Made by a program: the position numbers and the translations under genes | Part shown: positions 28,691-37,260 of the stretch, in pieces | Position numbering within the stretch: the stretch's first letter is position 1 | Layout of the letters: each line of letters starts with the position of its first letter | Source: an uncultured Candidatus Saccharibacteria bacterium | Lineage (GTDB): Bacteria; Patescibacteriota; Minisyncoccia; UBA6257; 02-FULL-45-10c | Length of the DNA stretch: 64,000 bases | Reading direction: 5' to 3' | NCBI GenBank assembly: GCA_964355085.1 | Contig: CAYHBW010000001.1 | Coordinates: 4,693 to 68,692, forward strand | The notes under the pieces: generated by a model | Database searches by the model: none | Told to the model about the DNA's origin: nothing | The model's input: only the letters and a program-made list of their open reading frames with translations

Positions 28691-29890
28691 CTAAAGATAA
28701 TCGCGTTTTACGAGATTTTCATATGCGTCAGCCAAAGATTCCTCCCGGCTGAAGCCCAATCCGGCTTTGGGAAACTTCCTGCCGATGCAATTCTTGGCGT
28801 TCTTTTTTATTGAAGTCAATATGGAGGCAAAAAGATTTGGGTTGCCATACGCGAAATATCTGTTCCATGCCTCAATCGTCAATGACTCTCCCAGCGCCAT
28901 ACTGATCATCCCGCCGACAAAATCTCCAGATCGCGCCGGCGTAGTATGGGAACTGTCCCAGCCGCCGGACAAACGAGGCGTGAGTTCCAAGATATACGGA
29001 CCGGTTTCAGTGAGCATGACATCCGCCTTCAGAATATGCCCTCCTTTTTGTTTATGCATGCCAATCGCTTTTCCTGAACGGTAGATCATTTCAGCCACTT
29101 CTTTTTTCAAACCGACGTCATGGATCGCCGGATTGATATGGCCTATCTCCACTCCCCAGCCGATTCCATGATACAGTTTCTTGCCGATTGCCCTCATATT
29201 TTTGAACTTTCCGAGATCTTTCCGGAATAAACGGTCGACCCAATTAAGCCAGTACATTTTCCCGTCATACCAAAGCGTCTCGACTGATTGTTCCGCTATT
29301 TCGCCATCAACCGGAATCAGGAGTTGTTCAACGATCGCCTGTCCAGTAGTTCCGTTCGCGAGAGCTTCTTCCAGCAATTCTTCCGTCGCCTCGCTTAACT
29401 TACTGATTGCGGCAAATCCCCGGCTTCCGGAATTATTGGTCGCCTTCAAAGCGACCGGCAATCCAATTTCCCTGATAGCCCGCTTCAATTCTTCAAGCGT
29501 CCGGACTGTCCGGAATTCCGGCTGTGGGATACCGGCGCGCGACAGGACTTTGCGGGTTTCCATCTTATACCGGCAGATTTTGGAAATCTTCGGATCAATG
29601 CCGGGCAAACCGAGACGCTTCGCCACGACAGCAACGGTTTCGTGGCAATCAACCGCAATACCCAGGACGCCTTTTATGTCATACTTTTTATTCAGCGCAT
29701 CAGCTGCCTTAAGATTTCCAGGAATATCAAAAGTATTCAAAGGCACGAATTCATCCGCGATGGCGGCGCAAACACACTCCGGATCCATATCGGTGATTAT
29801 CAACCTGAAACCGCGGATTTTTATTTTTTCAGCTGCGAGTTTCTGCATCGGTCCGCCGCCGAAAAGCCACATCGCTTTTTTCTTTTTCAT
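28691..29890 (-). CDS. ATP-grasp domain ligase
   Basis: 399 aa with a pre-ATP-grasp Rossmann-like N-terminus and a central ATP-grasp core (LPVALKATNNSGSRGF ... E..L.P). Stand-alone carboxylate-amine ligase-like. Confidence 0.65.
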   Translation of the reverse strand: MKKKKAMWLFGGGPMQKLAAEKIKIRGFRLIITDMDPECVCAAIADEFVPLNTFDIPGNLKAADALNKKYDIKGVLGIAVDCHETVAVVAKRLGLPGIDPKISKICRYKMETRKVLSRAGIPQPEFRTVRTLEELKRAIREIGLPVALKATNNSGSRGFAAISKLSEATEELLEEALANGTTGQAIVEQLLIPVDGEIAEQSVETLWYDGKMYWLNWVDRLFRKDLGKFKNMRAIGKKLYHGIGWGVEIGHINPAIHDVGLKKEVAEMIYRSGKAIGMHKQKGGHILKADVMLTETGPYILELTPRLSGGWDSSHTTPARSGDFVGGMISMALGESLTIEAWNRYFAYGNPNLFASILTSIKKNAKNCIGRKFPKAGLGFSREESLADAYENLVKRDYL

Positions 29891-29898
29891 GATAGTTT

Positions 29899-30795
29899 TT
29901 ATTTATTTTTTTTCGCGATAATGATAAATTCCCTGCCGATTCCCTTTCCGCCGAAAGACCGGTAAATTCCGTTAAGAAGTTCGGGGTCGCCATTATACAT
30001 ATTAAGTTCAAAATCTTTCCTCCGCAACTGGCATTGTCGGCCGACTTCCGGATTGCCGACATAGTTCAAGCCGGAAAAAAGGAAAAATTCCATAGGAAAA
30101 TTTCCGAGCAGATCCACGACTTCCAGACCGAGCCGTTCAAGCAGCTTGCTCACGGAAGCGGAATCGAAATAATTGAGGTGCTGGGGAGGCGAAACCCACC
30201 AAGGATCAAAATTCATTTTTTCCCTCAAAATATTCTGAAGCGGGTTATAATCATTCGGAGAAATGATGCAGATCAATCCACCTGGAGCAAGAGCGTCTTT
30301 TGCCTCCAGTAAGAGTTTTTCCGGATCCGGAAGATGTTCAATGACCGTTTTCATATAAATCGCATCGAATTTCCCGTATTTTCCCGCGGCTTTGGCGGAA
30401 AAGAAATCATTGACCACTTCCACGCCCAATTTCCGCGAATATTCCGAGGCATCCTTGGACGGTTCAAAGCCGAGCACATCCCATCCGAGATCCTTGCCGC
30501 ATTTCAAAAAATATCCCGGCCCTGAACCGATATCCAGCAATTTCCTACCGTCGGTATGCTTTGCAAGAAGACTGAAGTGATTGCGGTAAGTCGCCATCCA
30601 CCATTCCAGATCTTCTTCATAATCGGAAAAATATTTCGGCTTCACATGCGAATAAAACTCCTTGCCATAAAAATCTTCCAGCTCTTTGTCGGAAGGAATC
30701 GGGGTTACATGCCGGAATCCGCAAGATTCGCATTCAATGACTTCATAACCGTTTTTTCTGTCCAAAATCTTTCCTTTGTGAGATTTATCATTCAT
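29899..30795 (-). CDS. class I SAM-dependent methyltransferase with N-terminal zinc ribbon
   Basis: CESCGF...TP ribbon, LLDIGSGPGYFLKCGKDLG motif I and IYMKTVIEHLPDP. Confidence 0.75.
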   Translation of the reverse strand: MNDKSHKGKILDRKNGYEVIECESCGFRHVTPIPSDKELEDFYGKEFYSHVKPKYFSDYEEDLEWWMATYRNHFSLLAKHTDGRKLLDIGSGPGYFLKCGKDLGWDVLGFEPSKDASEYSRKLGVEVVNDFFSAKAAGKYGKFDAIYMKTVIEHLPDPEKLLLEAKDALAPGGLICIISPNDYNPLQNILREKMNFDPWWVSPPQHLNYFDSASVSKLLERLGLEVVDLLGNFPMEFFLFSGLNYVGNPEVGRQCQLRRKDFELNMYNGDPELLNGIYRSFGGKGIGREFIIIAKKNK

Positions 30796-30865
30796 GAATT
30801 TATATGTTCATATATAACCACAAAACAGCCTTATTTGTCTCTTGATATGACTCATCCGAAAATTA

Positions 30866-30894
30866 AAAACACCTTGACCGGATCAAAGTGTTTT
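30866..30894 (-). promoter_or_regulatory. intra-operon hairpin downstream of the neuB-family gene (possible attenuator or partial terminator)
   Basis: aaaacaccttga ccgga tcaaagtgtttt is a 12-bp stem with one C.A mismatch. It lies in the only sizeable gap (110 nt) of the long minus-strand operon. Confidence 0.3.
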
Positions 30895-30905
30895 GAAAAC
30901 TATAT

Positions 30906-32042
30906 TTACTCTCCCATGAGATCTTCCCAAACAATCGGGCTTCTGGCCTTAATCTTGTTTTTGACTTTTTTCCCGATAATCAATTCCGCATGACCAGTAT
31001 CAATACCGCCGGACGGCCGCAGCGAAATCAGCATATCTTCCGTCAACACGGCGCCCTTTGAAATATCCCTTGAGGCATATAGCGACCGCCTGACCCAGCG
31101 ATCAAAAATTTCGTCTCCTTCATGACCAGGATAGGAAACCGGCTGTTTGATCCCGGAACCGGACAACGCCTCTTCCGTCATCCGAATTTCTGCGACCATA
31201 CGCTTGAAATCCGCCGGCTCCGTTGAATTCGGATCATCGTGGCTTCCGCCGGCCTGCGAATCGGTAAAATGCTTTTCAATCGCGACAGCACCCAAAGCAA
31301 CGGCTGCCAACGGAGCCGCAAGATGCGGCGGCTTGGAATGATCCGAATAACCGACCGGCAGATGGAATGCATTGCGGAGAGTTTCGATTGCGCGCAGGTT
31401 CAAGTCAGAAAAACTGCGCGGTGGATACATGGATACGCAATGGAGCAAAACAATATCGTCATTGCCTTCCTGCTGTATAACCCGGACCGCATGCGCGACT
31501 TCTTCCAAATAAGCCATGCCGGTGGAAAGAATGATGGGCTTCCCCTGCTTTGCGATATACCGAAGCAATAAGTCATCGGTCATTTCATATGAAGCGATCT
31601 TAAAAGCCGGAACTTTCGATTTCATCAGGACATCCACCGCCTCTTTGTCAAAAGGAGTAGAAAGGAACATGATGCCCTTCTTTTTCGCATATTCAACCAA
31701 TCGTCCCGTCCATTCGTAAGGCAGTTCGGATGACCCGTAAAATTCGGAAAGAGTTTTCCAGCTTTTCTTTCCATTCCAGGAAATATCTATAGGGGTATCA
31801 GCGGCGATTTTATCGTGCTTGAGATGCTGGAATTTCACAGCGTCTGCGCCGGATTCCGCCGCAATATCAATAAACCGGAGCGCGTTTTTCAGATCGCCTT
31901 TATGATTCGCGCCGACTTCAGCGATGATAAAAACCGGCTGGCCTGCGCCGATTGTTTTATTCCCTATCCTTACCGAATTTACCGGCTGATATGTTAGATT
32001 TTCAGGCAATTTTTTGAAATAACCGTCTCTTTCTTTCCCCAT
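30906..32042 (-). CDS. neuB: N-acetylneuraminate-synthase-family nonulosonic acid synthase (NeuB/PseI/LegI) with C-terminal SAF domain
   Basis: IGNKTIGAGQPVFIIAEVGANHKGDLKNALRFIDIAAESGADAVKFQ is the canonical NeuB N-terminus. A C-terminal antifreeze-like/SAF domain is present. Confidence 0.85.
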   Translation of the reverse strand: MGKERDGYFKKLPENLTYQPVNSVRIGNKTIGAGQPVFIIAEVGANHKGDLKNALRFIDIAAESGADAVKFQHLKHDKIAADTPIDISWNGKKSWKTLSEFYGSSELPYEWTGRLVEYAKKKGIMFLSTPFDKEAVDVLMKSKVPAFKIASYEMTDDLLLRYIAKQGKPIILSTGMAYLEEVAHAVRVIQQEGNDDIVLLHCVSMYPPRSFSDLNLRAIETLRNAFHLPVGYSDHSKPPHLAAPLAAVALGAVAIEKHFTDSQAGGSHDDPNSTEPADFKRMVAEIRMTEEALSGSGIKQPVSYPGHEGDEIFDRWVRRSLYASRDISKGAVLTEDMLISLRPSGGIDTGHAELIIGKKVKNKIKARSPIVWEDLMGE

Positions 32043-32055
32043 AATTTAAATTTAT

Positions 32056-33192
32056 TTAACTGATCAAAATATTTTTAATTTCCTTTATGACGGTTTCCTG
32101 GTCCGATCCGCTCAACCCGGGATAGATAGGAATTGAAATCTCTGAAAGATAGAAATCTTCGGCGACCGGACAGATTCCTTTTTTATATCCCAGCTCCTGA
32201 TAATACGGATGCCAGTAGACGGGAATATAGTGAACTTGGACGCCTACTCCGGCTTTTTGTAATTTTTCAAAAACTTCACGGCGGCGCGACTGTAACTTCC
32301 CTGAAAGCCTGATCGGGTAAAGATGGCGGCTGGACTTCCTTCCTTCAAAATCCGCCGGCAAGACCAGATCCGGAAATCCGGAAAGTTCCTCGGAATAACG
32401 CTTTGCTAATTCATTTCTTGATTTTATGAATGTCGGAAGTTTCTTGAGCTGACTTATTCCGAGAGCCGCCTGCATGTCAGTCATCCGATAATTCAATCCA
32501 AGCTCCTGCATCTCGTGATACCACGGACCATGCGGATCGTTCTTAAAATCATTGGCGTCCTTTGTTATTCCGTGACTCCGGAATAACAGCAATTTTTTAT
32601 AAAAATTTTCGTTGTCAGTGAGAATCGCGCCGCCTTCGCCGGTGGTTATCGATTTCACCGGGTGGAAGCTAAAAGTCGTCATATCAGCGATGCTTCCGAC
32701 TTTCTTTCCGCCATATTCGGCACCGAGCGAATGTGCGGCGTCCTCGATCAGAATCAGATTATGTTTTTTTGCAATTGATTTTAAAATATCCAAATCACAT
32801 GGCAAGCCGGAATAATCGACAGCTACGATGGCTTTTGTCTTGCCAGTTATCTTTTCCTCGATCAAATGAGCGTCGATATTGCCCGTAGACCTCTCAACAT
32901 CGACGAAAACAGGCGTCGCCCCCTGCCAAATAGCCGCATTTGAAGTCGCAGCGAATGTGATCGGTGAAGTGATGATCTCATCTCCAGGACCGATTCCGGC
33001 GGCAAAATAGGCGGCCTGCAAAGCGGCTGTGCCGTTTGAAATGACGACGGCATATTTCGCTCCGCAATAATCAGCCAGCGCAGATTCGAATTCTTTTATT
33101 TTCGGGCCTTGGGTCATCCAATCAGACTCCAAAACCTCACGGACTGACCTCAAATCCTCCCCGTCAATTGATTGATGCGAATAAGGGATCAT
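32056..33192 (-). CDS. DegT-family aminotransferase, PseC/LegC-like (UDP-4-keto-6-deoxy-hexosamine transaminase)
   Basis: The MIPYSHQSIDGEDLRSVREVLESDWMTQGPKIKEFE...AVVISNGTAALQAA N-terminus is typical of PseC-type enzymes. The track ORF also shows FSFHPVKSITTGEGGAIL. Confidence 0.8.
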   Translation of the reverse strand: MIPYSHQSIDGEDLRSVREVLESDWMTQGPKIKEFESALADYCGAKYAVVISNGTAALQAAYFAAGIGPGDEIITSPITFAATSNAAIWQGATPVFVDVERSTGNIDAHLIEEKITGKTKAIVAVDYSGLPCDLDILKSIAKKHNLILIEDAAHSLGAEYGGKKVGSIADMTTFSFHPVKSITTGEGGAILTDNENFYKKLLLFRSHGITKDANDFKNDPHGPWYHEMQELGLNYRMTDMQAALGISQLKKLPTFIKSRNELAKRYSEELSGFPDLVLPADFEGRKSSRHLYPIRLSGKLQSRRREVFEKLQKAGVGVQVHYIPVYWHPYYQELGYKKGICPVAEDFYLSEISIPIYPGLSGSDQETVIKEIKNILIS

Positions 33193-33207
33193 CGTTTATT
33201 CCGGCCT

Positions 33208-34188
33208 TCAGCCGAGGATTTCTTTGGCTTTCCGCGGATTATTCAGAAAATCCCGGTGATTGCTGGCGTATTGGAATTGCTTTTTGACTGACGGCTTTTT
33301 ATTCAGCCAGCGCACGCTTCCGGATTCAGGATGGATGGCGAAAGCGCTCCCGATATCCTTGGCCCGGCGCGCTTCATGCTCGGTTATCAGCACTTCATGT
33401 AATTTTTCTCCCGGACGGATTCCGATGACTTCGACATCGCATTCCGGAGCCAGATATTTTATGACATCCGTAACTTTCAGGCTTTTCATCTTCGGCACGA
33501 AAAGCTCTCCGCCCTCCATGACGCCGACGGCGTCCAGAATTATATCCAGAACTTTATCTATGGAAATCCAGAAACGGGTCATCTCCTTGTCCGTCAACTT
33601 GATCACGCCTGTTTTTTTCTGATTATGAATAAGTTCGATCAGACTTCCGCGGCTTCCGATGACATTTCCATAACGCACGACGCTGAACTTGGTGCGTAAA
33701 TTATTTCCGACATATACATTGCCGGAAATAAACAATCTTTCCGCCGCAAGCTTGGTGGCGCCGTAAAGGTTTATCGGTTGAACCGCTTTGTCGGAAGAAA
33801 TAAGCATCACCTTGTCTATGTTCTTGTTCAAAGCCGCCTCAACGACATTCTGACTCCCTAAAATGTTCGTTTTGACAGCTTCCATCGGATTGAATTCAAT
33901 CGCCGGAACCTGCTTCAACGCCGCCGCATGGACGACGATATCCACTCCATCAAACGCCCTCTCCAAACGGGGCAAATCCCGGACATCGCCGATGAAAAAC
34001 CTCAATCGATCCTTATGATCGGCCAGATCTCTTTGCATTTCATACTGCTTGAATTCATCCCGGCTGAAAATTATGATTTTTTTGACCGCGCTTTCGCTTA
34101 AAAGTTTGGCAACAAAAGCCCGGCCGAAAGTCCCGGTGCCGCCGGTGACCAGAACCGTCTTGCCCTTGAGATAATTTAAGTTCGACAT
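33208..34188 (-). CDS. pseB: UDP-N-acetylglucosamine 4,6-dehydratase (inverting), PseB/FlaA1 family
   Basis: Aligns by eye nearly end-to-end with H. pylori FlaA1/PseB. Shared blocks: TVLVTGGTGTFG, KKIIIFSRDEFKQYEM, RFFIGDVRD, HAAALKQVP, KTNILGSQNV, INLYGATKL, FSVVRYGNVIGSRGS, MTRFWI, GGELFVPK, IGIRPGEKLHEV. Confidence 0.9.
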   Translation of the reverse strand: MSNLNYLKGKTVLVTGGTGTFGRAFVAKLLSESAVKKIIIFSRDEFKQYEMQRDLADHKDRLRFFIGDVRDLPRLERAFDGVDIVVHAAALKQVPAIEFNPMEAVKTNILGSQNVVEAALNKNIDKVMLISSDKAVQPINLYGATKLAAERLFISGNVYVGNNLRTKFSVVRYGNVIGSRGSLIELIHNQKKTGVIKLTDKEMTRFWISIDKVLDIILDAVGVMEGGELFVPKMKSLKVTDVIKYLAPECDVEVIGIRPGEKLHEVLITEHEARRAKDIGSAFAIHPESGSVRWLNKKPSVKKQFQYASNHRDFLNNPRKAKEILG

Positions 34189-34381
34189 AATGCTATTAAA
34201 ACTATCATATACCCTAAAGGGTTTCCAGATGTGTATTGAAAGACAGATATGAGATGCGGACTTGCATTCTAAATTCCACCGGATATTCTGCCGGATGACA
34301 AAATCAAGATTTCAAAAAATTGACGATAAAATTTTTGGCTTTAAATCTATCTTAATTTAAGATATTATTATACATGACACC

Positions 34382-34423
34382 ATGAAACTTTCCGATTATA
34401 TAATTGATTATATTACATTATGA
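34382..34423 (+). other. 13-codon upstream ORF (MKLSDYIIDYITL*) that duplicates the N-terminus of the downstream TPP-enzyme gene. Its TGA stop overlaps that gene's ATG (ATGA).
   Basis: atgaaactttccgattatataattgattatattacattatga is followed immediately, out of frame, by atgaaattatcagattatgttgctgattacatagcg (MKLSDYVADYIA...). Confidence 0.35.
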
Positions 34424-36228
34424 AATTATCAGATTATGTTGCTGATTACATAGCGAATTTAGGTACTAAAAAAGTCTTTTTAGTTACCGGCGGAGCATGC
34501 GTACATCTGGTCAATTCCATCAGCAAACATGAGAAACTTGGCTATGTCTGCATGCAACATGAGCAATCAGCGGCAATGGCGGCCGAGGCTTATTCCCGAG
34601 TCGGACCAGGAATCGGCGTCGCCGTGGCGACCAGCGGACCGGGTGCCACCAATTTCATAACCGGCATCTGCGGCGCCTGGTTTGATTCCATACCTACGCT
34701 ATTTATTACCGGAAATGTGAATATGCACGAGATGAAAGGCATGACAAAACTCCGTCAGGTCGGTTTTCAGGAAACTGATATTGTAAATATAGTTTCGTCC
34801 GTAACTAAATTTAGCCACACGGTGACTGATCCGGAAAAAATAAAATACTATCTCGATAAGGCGATCTTTATGGCAAATTCAGGAAGACCGGGTCCGGTAT
34901 TGCTGGATCTGCCGATGAATATCCAGCATGCGGAAATTGATCCTGAAAAACTTATCGGGTTTGTTCCTGATAAAAATACAGGGGATGAAAAGATCGGCGA
35001 TGAAAAAATGATAAAGAAAGCATTACAGTTGATCAAAAACGCCAGACGACCGGTAATTTTAGCCGGAGGAGGCATACGCATTTCCGAAGCCGCTGAAGAA
35101 TTCCGCGAATTTGTAAAATATCTGGGCTTCCCGGTAGTTTGCTCCTGGAGCGGAATTGATGTCCTGGGATATGATAATCCTCTCTTCATAGGACAAATCG
35201 GGGTTTATGGAAATCGCGGAGCAAATTTTCTGATTCAAAATGCGGACTTGGTAATTTCCATAGGGTCCCGCCTGGATACGCGACAAGTCAGCGGAAACGC
35301 AAAAAGTTTTGCACGCGCCGCAAAAAAAATTATAGTGGATATTGATGCGCAGCAACTGAAAGACGGCCGAGTACGTCCAGATATCGCAATTCATTCAGAT
35401 GTAAAGCAATTTTTACTGACAACCATGCCTCACCTCAAGAATTTAAAGAAGGAAGATATTGCCCCGTGGCTGACAAAAGCGCTCGAATGGAAAAGAAAAT
35501 ATCCGACCTGTCTTCCGGAGTACCGAAAGGAGAAGAAATTTGTTAACCCATATGTTTTTTTCAAGACCCTTTCCGAAGAACTCCGACCGGATGATATCAT
35601 CATTTCCGACATCGGAGGAGTTTTAGTCTGGGTTATGCAATCCCTCGAAATCAAAGAGGGGCAGAGATTATTCTCCTCAATGGGACATGCCGCGATGGGT
35701 TACGGCCTGCCGGCGGGAATCGGCGCCGCATTGGCTACAAAAAAATCCAGAATAATCTGCATTGTCGGCGACGGAGGAATGCAAATGAATATTCAGGAAT
35801 TGCAGACAATTTTTCATCATAAACTGCCTCTGAAGATTTTTATCGTCAATAATAATTGTTACGGGATAGTTCGCCAATACGAAGATTCGTATTTTAATGG
35901 CGAACATGAGGGTACTGTCCAGGACAGCGGGTACACAGCTCCTGATTTTGTCATGGTCGGAAAATCATACAAGATACCGTCATCACGCATTCTGAATCAT
36001 TCAAATATGCGATCTGAGATTCGAAGAGCTTTGGGAACAAAAGGCGCGGAAATAATCGATGTCATAGTGCGCGAAGATCAAAAATTAATCCCAAAACTTG
36101 AGGCAAAACGGATGAAAAACGGCCGCTACATCTCAAAGCCCATTGAGGATCAGTGGCCGTATCTTTCCAGAAAAGAGTTCACGGCCAATATGATAATTCC
36201 GCCAACCGATGAAATCGACGATGAATAA
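34420..36228 (+). CDS. thiamine-pyrophosphate-dependent acetolactate-synthase-like enzyme (YerE-like carboligase candidate)
   Basis: 602 aa with three-domain ALS/POX architecture: N-terminal Pyr domain (GGACVHLVNSI...EQSAAMAAEAY), central domain, and C-terminal TPP-binding GDGGMQMNIQEL...NNNCYG (GDG-x24-NN). Confidence 0.75.
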   Translation: MKLSDYVADYIANLGTKKVFLVTGGACVHLVNSISKHEKLGYVCMQHEQSAAMAAEAYSRVGPGIGVAVATSGPGATNFITGICGAWFDSIPTLFITGNVNMHEMKGMTKLRQVGFQETDIVNIVSSVTKFSHTVTDPEKIKYYLDKAIFMANSGRPGPVLLDLPMNIQHAEIDPEKLIGFVPDKNTGDEKIGDEKMIKKALQLIKNARRPVILAGGGIRISEAAEEFREFVKYLGFPVVCSWSGIDVLGYDNPLFIGQIGVYGNRGANFLIQNADLVISIGSRLDTRQVSGNAKSFARAAKKIIVDIDAQQLKDGRVRPDIAIHSDVKQFLLTTMPHLKNLKKEDIAPWLTKALEWKRKYPTCLPEYRKEKKFVNPYVFFKTLSEELRPDDIIISDIGGVLVWVMQSLEIKEGQRLFSSMGHAAMGYGLPAGIGAALATKKSRIICIVGDGGMQMNIQELQTIFHHKLPLKIFIVNNNCYGIVRQYEDSYFNGEHEGTVQDSGYTAPDFVMVGKSYKIPSSRILNHSNMRSEIRRALGTKGAEIIDVIVREDQKLIPKLEAKRMKNGRYISKPIEDQWPYLSRKEFTANMIIPPTDEIDDE

Positions 36229-37180
36229 TATATCTCAAATAATTGATGAAATGGATGGACCGATACTTATAACCGGCGCCAGCGGATTTATCGGCGCTAA
36301 TTTGGCTAGAAAAATTGCAAAGACGCGCGACGATGTTCATATAATAGTCAGGAACGGATCGAATCTCCGGCGCATTGAAGACATGCTTCCGCAAATCACG
36401 GTGCATCGCGCGGATCTTTCCGACCGCAATGATATCTTTCTGAAGATCGGAGAGATTCAGCCGAAAACAATTTTTCATGCGGCCGCTTATGGCGTCCACT
36501 CATTTCAAAATGAAACTGAAAAAATTGAGACTGCAAACCTCCACGGCACGATTAACTTATTGGATGCCTGCGTCAAATCCGGTTTCAAGATTTTTATCAA
36601 TACCGGATCTTCTTCAGAGTACGGCACAAAAAATAAGCCGATGAAAGAAACCGATCTTCTGACGCCTAACAGCGACTACGCGGTCTTTAAAGCGGCGGCG
36701 ACCCTTTACTGCCAGCACCTAGCGAGATCAAAAAAGATTCCGATCATAACGTTAAGGCCATTTTCGGTTTATGGCCAATTTGAAGAATCGACTAAATTGA
36801 TTCCGACGCTGATTAGATCATTTCTCGACGGCACATGTCCCCCGCTAGTGTCTCCTGATACGGCCAGAGACTACATTTTTATTGATGACTTAGTTGATGC
36901 CTATCTTATTGCCAGTCAAAAACCAGAATTAGGCGGAGAAATATTTAATGTCGGAAGCGGCAAGCAGACTACGCTGAAAGAAATAGTTGACTTATCAATC
37001 CGTTTGACTGGAGCTGCCGTTGAACCGGAATGGGGAACAATGAGTCCAAGGATCTGGGATCATAACATGTGGCAGGCGGACATATCAAAAATAAAATCAA
37101 TTCTAGATTGGTCGCCAAAAACTGATCTGAAGGAAGGACTGGCCAGGACAATTGACTGGATAGAATCCGACGGTAATTAA
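36209..37180 (+). CDS. NAD-dependent epimerase/dehydratase (extended SDR) acting on nucleotide sugars
   Basis: ILITGASGFIGANLARKI (GxxGxxG), catalytic YAVFKAA (YxxxK) and an S-x-x-Y pattern. 323 aa. Confidence 0.75.
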   Translation: MKSTMNNISQIIDEMDGPILITGASGFIGANLARKIAKTRDDVHIIVRNGSNLRRIEDMLPQITVHRADLSDRNDIFLKIGEIQPKTIFHAAAYGVHSFQNETEKIETANLHGTINLLDACVKSGFKIFINTGSSSEYGTKNKPMKETDLLTPNSDYAVFKAAATLYCQHLARSKKIPIITLRPFSVYGQFEESTKLIPTLIRSFLDGTCPPLVSPDTARDYIFIDDLVDAYLIASQKPELGGEIFNVGSGKQTTLKEIVDLSIRLTGAAVEPEWGTMSPRIWDHNMWQADISKIKSILDWSPKTDLKEGLARTIDWIESDGN

Positions 37181-37234
37181 TCCGATAATTCCAGATAAAT
37201 TTACAGTCGGACTTCAAATGCCACCGCTGCATAC

Positions 37235-37260
37235 AAAAATCTTAAAACCATAAGATTTTT
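37235..37260. terminator. weak AT-rich bidirectional hairpin between convergent genes
   Basis: aaaaatctta aaacca taagattttt is a 10-bp stem followed by a T-run. It overlaps the stop of the minus-strand gene at 37242. Confidence 0.35.

Noticed and set aside
34189-34381. Canonical sigma70 promoters in the 231-bp divergent region between pseB and the TPP-enzyme gene.
   Set aside because: Only weak matches were seen by eye (a tataca near 34373 and a ttgacg near 34320 with wrong spacing), so no promoter call is made.
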